Assembly: GCA_053919585.1 (NCBI GenBank)
Contig: CM132789.1
Strand: one strand, 5' to 3'
Source: Euprymna scolopes
Taxonomy: Eukaryota
Length of the DNA stretch: 64,000 nt
The translations under genes and the position numbers were made by a program. The notes beneath the pieces are model-generated. The model had not been told where the DNA came from. It did not search any database and saw only the letters and a list, made by a program, of their open reading frames with translations. This document shows positions 49,901 to 59,800 of this stretch, one piece after another; within the stretch, counting starts at the first letter, position 1; each line of letters starts with the position of its first letter.

Positions 49901-52900
49901 TCAGCTTCAATCATAAATATCCAACAATCTTTGTTTAATCATCATTCAATGATATGCTTCATATGTGCCATTTGCATGGATTAATACTGAGCACTACCTA
50001 ATGGTTGTTAAGTTTTGGACATGCGAGGGATAAAAAGTGATTTTAATAAGAACAAGGCAATTCTCCACATTTCAAATGACTCATTAGAATAGCTGCAGGG
50101 GCACTTTGATGATTGTTTCATCAGTAAGAAGTTTAATACTGAAGGAGCTTCACACTCACTGGACCATAACCCCTGCCACAGATTTTTATCTGTATGGTTA
50201 TCTCAAATATAATGTCTAAAAACTTCAAGCTATTTCTGAACTGAAGAGGGTTATAATCAATAAACTCTGGGTATTGCATGATTTTTTAAATGTAACAAAT
50301 AAGCTCTCAGTATTACTTGATCAATGTACATGATTTCTGGAATGTGACAAATAAACACTATTTCCCCTTCTCCTAAAACCCCAGACACTGAATTTTAGCG
50401 AAATAATATCACTTCTGAAAGATAGCTTTGCATTTTTTTCCCACATTTAAACATAAATACATTAAAAAAATTAATTGAACATTTTCCTTGGTTTTTGGAG
50501 CTATAAACAACTACAGGGTGGAACGATAAAATTGTCGCCTTAAAGTAAACGACACTACAGCTTTATTTAAAAACTTTTATTGAAAAAAATCAATTCAGGT
50601 AACTTGATTATGTAGAGTTGACATCCATTCAATGTAGCCACCTATAGTGTCACTTTCAGACACGATAGAAAACTCCTATTGCTCTTGGGATTTGTCCACA
50701 ACTGGCCAACTAGTTTGCAACAAAAAAAGAAAGCCGGTTTTCATCAAACGGAAATAGAATCAGGTCATCTTTTCTAGGGCGACAATTTTATTGTTCCACT
50801 CTGTACCAAAAGCAAAGTGTATCAAGATTAATAATACATGCCCAAACCATTTGAGCTGCCATTACCTCATCCTGCCTTTGATCAATGTGATGCTATAGCA
50901 CTTTCGGATGTTGTTATTGCAAATATGGTAAAGCAGTGTAATTCCCAAGTTCAGAGCACTTTGGTTTCCATAATGGCAAATAGTCACCAATCTATATAAT
51001 ACTCTGCTAGTTCCTTCCTTACTTAGTCCATACATTATGCTTGGAAGAAGGCTAAATATTATTTTTGAAGGCCAAACTGTTTAAAAAAACAAACAAAAAA
51101 AAGGCCAAATTTGCAAAATGCAGCTTTAAAAAGGCTCATCTGGCAACCCCGAACAAGAATATAAGAGTGACCTACTTTTCATATAGCCTCATTTTCAAAT
51201 ATCATTTTAATAATATATGATCGATGTTTTAATGGTGTGAGAAAAAAAAAACTCACAGTAATTTTGACACGCAGCAGTTCCTCAAAGAAAGAAGTCGGCG
51301 AAACGTTATGTAAAAAAAGAAATGTTCAAAAGAATCAGAGCAAAGAGAACAACTTGTCTGTCGAGAGGTGCTGGACTGAAGGAGTAAATTAAAGATTGTA
51401 TCTTATAATATGATTTTATCATTTATATTGAACTATGTAACATAATATTACTTTCCAAGTATTTATTAATACTTATTAATTTATTTCATTTGGGAAAGTT
51501 CTATATTTAAAAAACATCAGCTTTATCAAAACATATTTGTTGATTCAATATATTTCTCATTCTGTGGTCCTACTAGTATACAATATTCACTTATATTAAT
51601 GTGAAACACTTGAGTGAGGCTATCAAAATAGCTCCAGATTTGGAAGTCTATGGTAGACAAGGAAGAAGTCAATTTAAATTACCTGCTGTCGAGAAATTGC
51701 ATAGCATGGCAGCTGCCAATAGTTTTTTTTCCTTGTGATAGAGTTTCTTGGTAATATGGAGTGAGATCTGCCATATACGATGGGGGCACATGAGTATGGA
51801 TGATGCCCTCAATCTACATATTTATAAAAAAAAAATTGTTGATGATGATTAATATGCAAATGTCTTACCTCTGTTTCAAGATGTTTTTCACCTTTACCCA
51901 CCAGATGTTTGTTGAATAAATTTGCTAAGACATTTTGTGCTCCTTCGCATAAAAACTGAAAATAAGAAAAAAAACAAAACATTTGTAGAATTAACATTAT
52001 TATAAAATGATGTCTGGACTTGATATTATCCCTGCTATATTGTCCTCTTCAACAAATGCCTTACAGTCTTGCTTTTCTGATAACTGGAAAATTGCCTCTG
52101 CTGTACCAGTATTCAATAATTCTGGTGAAAGAATGGATCCACTAAATTAGTCTTCCCCCCGATCACCCCCTCCCATTTTTCAGCAAAATCTTTAAGTCAT
52201 TATATCAATCAATCACTCATCAATGCCAAATTTCTTTCTGACCAACAGTATGGATTTAGACAAATCCATTCTACTGTGAATATTTTAACAGTCATTTCTG
52301 AAGATATATACTGTGTGCTGGATAAGAAAGGTGAAGCTAAAAAAAAAGAAGACCTTTAAATCTAATAGGTTCCACACTGTTGGCCAAGCTCTAATCTCTG
52401 TCCCATCACCACAATGTTGAATCCCTGTGCCCATTTTACAAGTGTTCTAATGGAATGTCCTTTGATGAATTCATAGTACTTGACCTCCCTCAACATACAT
52501 ATTCCTAACCAACCTGACAAAATCTCACCCCTTCACTGTTGAGGTCCCTTGACACCAGAAAGCCTTCTACTCTAATAGTTTTTTTCCCCTTAGACTGGTA
52601 GACTTTGGAATTCCCTCTCCGTTTCTTGCATCCCTGACTGTACTGACATGCAGAAGTTTAAATGTAATGTGAACAAACATCTTGTTACTCAATTCTGCAC
52701 AAATCCCAGTTAGACATGATCCCAAATGATAGCCCCTTATGACCAAGTAGCAATACATGTTGTTTGAGGTGAAAAACAATAAAAAGAAAGTTTTAAAAAA
52801 AGTTTAAAAAAAAAAGAAAGAACTTATGAAACATCATTTATTGTGTTTTTTAAATAATAAAAGTAAATTATTTCAAATTTAGAGAGAAAAAAAAATGTGG

Positions 52901-54866
52901 GTGCTTGTTAAGAACTCTCCCACCTGGAAAAAACAAAAATATACTAAAAATCTGTATCACAAAATCCTAAATTTGTACTTTTTTTTTTTTTTATTATTAT
53001 TCAATTTTCACCCCAAACAAGGCACAGTGCCACTTTGATGTGGGGGTCTACTATCAGGGACATAAGTTGCAAGGATATTATGAAGGGAGATGAATAGCAA
53101 GATGTCTGTTTACATTACACTTGAACTTCTGCATGTCAGTACAGTTGGGAAAGCAGAATCTCGGAACAGAGTTTCAAAGTCTAGCAGTTCTGGGGAAGAA
53201 ACTATTGGAGTAGAAGACTTCCTTACACCTAGGGATCTCTACTGTGAAGGGCTGGCATTTAGCTGCTTGTCGGGTTTGTCAGGGGTATTCACGTCGATGG
53301 GTTACAAGTACTTGTAGTTTATCAGAGCATCCACCATTAAAATACTTATAGAACAGGCAGAGGGATACAACATTTCGTTGATGGGACAGAGGCTGAAGCT
53401 TAGATAACAGTTCAGGACCTATCAGGTTGGCGACTCTCTTTTGAACTCTGTCAAGGAGTGAGAGACAAGTAGCAGTTGCACCAACCCAAATGTGACAACA
53501 GTACTCCATACATGGGCGAATGGTGGCCTTATAGAGGTACAGGATACTTTTAGGCGTATAAGTAGCTTTCTAGCACGGTAGAGAGAGCCCACCTTCTTCA
53601 CAGCATCCTTGGCAATGCTCTCAATGTATCTATTCCAATTTATGTTCCCTGTAAACGTTAGATTGAGGAGTTTAAAGGAAGTATTTTTCTGCTTACTATA
53701 TAACCCTGCCTCTCCTTCTCCAGCTATACGTTAAATTATATTACTGCTCTTTTTAACCGTCTCTCTCCATTAATATAGAAAAAGAGGAGGAAGTTTAAAG
53801 GAAGCAGCGACAGAAGGAAAGTGAGTACCTTTGTTAATAAACAGAAAGAGTGACAGAAAAGAGAGTAATAGAAAGTATAAAAATTAAGAACAGGGGATGG
53901 TCAAAAAATAAACTTAGGAGATGAGTCTATGCGAGTTAATTGCAAATTACAAGTATTTAGAACAATCAAAAGTTTTTTATGTTTTTTTTTTCAAACAGAA
54001 CTTAATTGGAGAATTGAAGAATATATTAGCATGTATTTTTTGTATTTAAAATATATAGGAAAATCTCAGGGGAAAAGAAACTTGCATGAGACTATCAAAA
54101 TAGCCCCACATTTAGAAGTCCATGGTAGACGGGGAAAGTCAACTTAAATTGCCTGCTGCAGAGAAATTGCATAGCATGGCAGTTCCCTACAGTTGATCCT
54201 AGATAGAGTTTCTTGGTGATATGGAGTGAGATTTGTCATGTACAATAGAAGCCCATGAGCGTGACTGATGCACTCAATCTGCATGTTTATAAAAAAACAA
54301 TTGTTGATGATGATTAAAATGCAAATGGCTTAGATTTAGTGTAAAAAAAAGTAAAAATTTATGCACGTTCCGTTGACAGCTAACAGAGACATCTAGCACT
54401 GTCTAAATGACAAATTAACTAAACATTTTATGCGACCAAAATAGGAATTAATTCTCTAAATATATCTTCCAGAAACTTTCCTCATGAATTCTCTCAACTT
54501 TAAGACTCACATTACATCCTATCTCTCTCTAGACAATGCATGCCTTGAACCCAAACTAGCCAGGTTTCAATTCCATACATTATCACATTGATTACACATA
54601 CCTTATAGACTCTTCTCTCGGTCGACAACGGTAAAATACATACCTCTTTAAGTTGGTTACATGTTCTATCATCTTCGGCTACAATTAGAATTCGTCCAGT
54701 TCCAAATTCAGGATCAGGATTTTCATTTTCTTCCTTAATCTCAGCCAGGATCTCTGAAAGGGCCGTCCATTTTGGTGGCTCTTCAAGACAAGGCACAAGT
54801 TCTGAAATCACAAATTTATTAATTCAGTTATAACAACATAAATAACTACTTTGCATTTATCATTCT

Positions 54867-54934
<68 letters not shown>

Positions 54935-56791
54935 ATTGTATTACTGTCGTTTCTTCGATTTTCATTCAATGAAAATCCAGTGTTTATAACAGTGTTCAAT
55001 AAGCAGAGCTGTATTTGTAATAAAAATACAATTATATCTAATAATCACCACAACAGATTAACTGGCTACTTTTTCAAAATAAAATAGGATTTCTCCTTTA
55101 AAAAAAAAAATTTAAAAAAAAAAGGAAAAGTTTAGAAAAAAAAAGTTTATATATCTATATTTGAAGCCAGTTGAGATTAATGATGGATTTCGAAAGAAAT
55201 CACAGCTGAAACATGTATGCACAAAAAAATTTACCCCCACCACACACCGTGTAACCCGGATATAAGATACTTCTTCTCTGGTCCCAACAGCTCTCTTATA
55301 TCTGGTGCTCTTGTATTCGGATTACACTGTACATAATTACAAGCTCTAATTTGGGACCAGAGAAAATCTCTCTTATATCTGTTTTCCTTATGTTCGGGTC
55401 TCTTATATCAGGGTTAAACTGTATATGGAAAAATGAAAAACTAAAAAATTCAGATTTACATTTAATTTTATCCAAAGTCATTAGACACCAATTAAGCAAG
55501 ATTCCATGAATTACACTTTTTTTATTCAGACTCTTTAAGCCTAAGCTTTAAATTTAGACCTTGTCTAAAATCAAAATCATGTAATGAATTTGGATCAAAA
55601 TTAGAATTCTAGGTGCAAATTTGAATATTACTATTTATTGATTTTGATCATAAGAGGATGAAATAGTGCAAAGCTGTTCTGTTCTGAGTGTTCCTTTGGG
55701 AAGGGGACAGGAAGTTATTCTTTGATTAAACAAGTCTTAACCTCCTCTATCTGCATCAAGAATCAGTTGAAGTATAGACAAATTTACATGAAAAGAGAAA
55801 GATAAAGTGGGAGAGAGGAAGAAAAAAAAGTTTTAAGTGAAAAATCCTTTTTTTCTAAAGTAAAAAAAAGTGAAATTCAGCCTTTTCTTAATTACAAAAA
55901 GCAATGGAATTCCACTAAAAATTGAAAAGATAATATTAAAAAAAAACATTCCTAAACTATTCCTAATCATAGCTCAAATCATTGTCTTTTGGTAACACTC
56001 TCTTTCTCGACCCCCCCCCCTCTCAATGACATTTTAAAGAGGTCACCTTGCAGTACACAAGGATGCATCTGGGAGAAATTTAAAAACTCCAGTTATTCAC
56101 TTGTCATTCTTGTTGCATCATTAACATTTCACAGGAGTTTAACGCTGATCTACCAATATAAACCGATGAAAAGCACGAGTTGACAGTGGTTTCTCAAAAT
56201 ATCAAAAATTCACAAAAAAATAGAAAAAAAATATTCCTTACCAGTACTTTGTTTCTTTTGTTCACTATTTAGAGATTTTTTTGAAGATTTTTCAATCGTT
56301 TTATATATTCGCGATCTGGAATTCTAAAAAAAAAATCTTTTTAAATAAAAATAATTTAAAAAAAAAAAAAGAAAAAAAAGTTGTCTTTTTTTTCCAAAGA
56401 GTTAAAGAGATTTTATTCAAATGTTTAGGCTAAAGAAAAAAAGAAAAAAAAAAAAATCGTTTTTGTTTTTCAAAGGGTAATGAAACTTTGTCCAAATGTT
56501 TAGGCTAAAAAGCTAATAAATATGGTTAATTTTCATTTACCACAGGATTTCATTACATTTGTAAAGATTTTTCACCTTTTTATAGCCCGCAGTTTATAAT
56601 ACACTGTGGAAATTGACTTCTGAACCAATAGCATACAAGATAGCATTAACAAAGATTGAACGGTCATAATTCGGTGGTTAATTGTGTTAAAAATCATGGT
56701 TTATGTTTTGAAAAAATCTATATACCCCCATTAAAAATTTGGGTATTTTAACAAAAGCCAACAAAAGAAAAAAAAAAGGTGAAAAGAAAAA

Positions 56792-56852
<61 letters not shown>

Positions 56853-59800
56853 ACAAATAAATGTTACCAAAGGAAAGATAAGTTACTCATCTACCTACCT
56901 GATTCAGGATTTTGGCTCATCACATCCATCATGTTGAATTTAAAGCTTAACATTCGTCTGTATTATTTTGATTGTGCAAAATTTGATAATTATTTTATTC
57001 AAAATATAATTTGCTTTTATTTAAAAATTTTTTTATTATCCTTTAATATAATGTAATACTGATATTTTTACGTTAGAAAATATTTTTTTACTGATTTTAA
57101 AGGATTTCAAATTTATTCATTCAGCTACAACAATGTTTCTCTCCTCAAAATTGAATAAAATAATTCAAAATCAAAAGCTCACCACAATCAGACTGTCAGC
57201 AGAATCCAGGAAAAGCCAACCAGAGTTTGAAGTAAACGCTTTTTCACTCGATCTTTTTCACATGTAAAAAAAAAAAAAAAAATAATTAAAAGGAAAGCAT
57301 TTGACCTTTGAGTTTTCATGGCATTCACTCAGGAGGAGTGGAGTTAGCTTTCCCCATAGAACACACAATGCCTTGACCACACATGATGGTCCGCAGTAGC
57401 CAAGATAATTATGAGCAGCCAGTTGTGGGACCATTGGCAAATACATTAGACGTCTGAACCAGAGGTAGGTTCGACATTGGCTTTAATGGTGTGTAACCAC
57501 ATCTTACGCTGGCCTCCCGAGTATCTTTGCTGTTCTTTCATGAGGGAAGAGAGACAAAAAAAAAAAATTTTTATCACACGTGACAGCATGGTCCCAAACA
57601 ATTTCATCCACGTTACTCAACATGATCCTGAACACCTCCGTCAATTCGACACGACACTATCCCAAACAACTCCATCAATTCAAACCTGAACACCTCTGAT
57701 GATTTGATACGATCCCGAACAACTCCATTGATTTGTACCCGAACACCTCTGTCAATTGAACACAGCACGACACGTTACCAGAACAACCTCAGCAGTTAAT
57801 CTCCAAATGACTCTGGTATCTGCTTTTATAGCCCTTGGATGAACACATTTTCGCTGTAGGTAAACCTGACTAAGACATTGGTATACAATTTTTTAGCACT
57901 TTCACGCATGCTCGTCACATTTATTAACCTAACTATTGCTTCATGAATGAACTTTCCTGTGTTGCAGTATGCAGCATGGCCAAACCAACAGTCTCCTCTT
58001 TAAAAGCACTTGGTTAAAGAGTATGATCTTTCATCATGTCCAGATTTGTGTATTGGAGATAAAATAATGTTGGCAGATATGGATATTTTGGCGGAGGCAG
58101 TATAGATCAAACACTACCAACCTTTTGAGATCCACAGCTTTCATTGGTCAGGTCTTGCAGCCATAAAGAAGGCATGTTTGAACAAGTACCTGGTAAATCT
58201 AAATTTTCGTACCTATCGTGGTCTTGGGACAAAATCACAGACAAGGTTGTAGGCTACTGAAAACATGCCAGGCATTATTGATTTGATTTAGATGTTAATG
58301 TTGTACTCATGAGCCATGACGGCAAACATTGAGCCCTCGTATTTGAAGCAATCAACCTCTTTTAGAGTTTCTCCATGAGAAGAATCATACTTTTCTTGGA
58401 GGGTAGAAATCCTGCGTAGAGGATTTTTGTTTTTGTAGCATTTAGTTTCATACCGATTTTAGACGTGAAGTGGTGCGTTTTTTTTTTTCTCCAAGAATGG
58501 CTATGTCGTCAGTGTAATCAAGATCAGTCAGGATGAAGTTGTGGAAAACAGACGCAAGTGCATTGCAAGTGATCTGATCAATGGCATAATTGAACTCCTA
58601 TAAGAAAAGTATTGTACAATAATTATAATACTGAACTAGAAAATATGAGAAAAATACTCATCCCAGGATGATTTATATATAAAAAAAACATTTTATATAT
58701 GTATGGGCCAAATGGCTGAGCCAATTTTTTTACAATTTCATACAAATGTACTTTATGTGTCTGGGAGTCTTCTTAGATAGGTTTTGTATTGAAATGCCTC
58801 TGATGCATATTGAAAATTGATAATCAAAAAAACCTGATTAAAGAAAGAATAGTCTGATTTTGACCAAAGTTAACACCCTTATACAGCCCAACATCACAAG
58901 TGTATTTGAAACATTTAATCACCACCCAAGCAGAAAGGCCCAGCTTATAAAATTACTGATTTTGATGACAATAAAAGTATTGGAAGTGTGGAACATTCAT
59001 TGATTATTATTGGGTCTATAGCTAGTAAGCAATAACTATAGCATTACTTTTAAATTTTAATTTCTTTTATTTTTTAACAGGTATGGTATGATTTTGGTGG
59101 CACCTTCACAAATGGTAAAATAATACATAAATAACTGTAGCTACGTTAATCAATCTGTTATCTAGAATACATATTCTATAAGTTTGATAGTTTAGAATTT
59201 TATCAACCACATATATATTATTGATGCTTATGCATATGCACCAATCTTTTAAGAAAACATATTTAATATAACTCAGAATTTGATGTAGATCAATTCTTTT
59301 CTGTAAATTGCAAGTATGTAAGTTATAAAAAAAAAATGGGGTGGGAGTAATGTTTATCAATAAAAAAAGGCTTTGTACTTTATTACCTTCTCACATAATT
59401 TGTTGTTTGTTTTGTTTAATCCATGGCATAAGATTATTCTCATTCTATCAGCCATAACCAGATAGAAGTGCTATGTTATTCTTAGTATCGCCTGTAGTGA
59501 GGATTGAAGCTTTCCGGCATCTGAGAATCTCAACAGTAAAAGGGTTAAGATTTTATTGCTTGTTTGGAGTGATTATTTTTCATACTTTTATACATTGCAT
59601 CATGGTGCAGTTGCTGCATTCTACAACCCTAACTGCACAAAAGAGATGCTGTGTAAAGAAGACTGAAAAGAAATAGGAGACTGTTTTATACAAAAAGTTT
59701 GAGACAGAAATGATAGACAATACACAGTTGAAGCATTTGACCTGGTAGGCCTATAATATTCGGTACAGATTATAATGAATAAATTACCTGATAGAATTGA

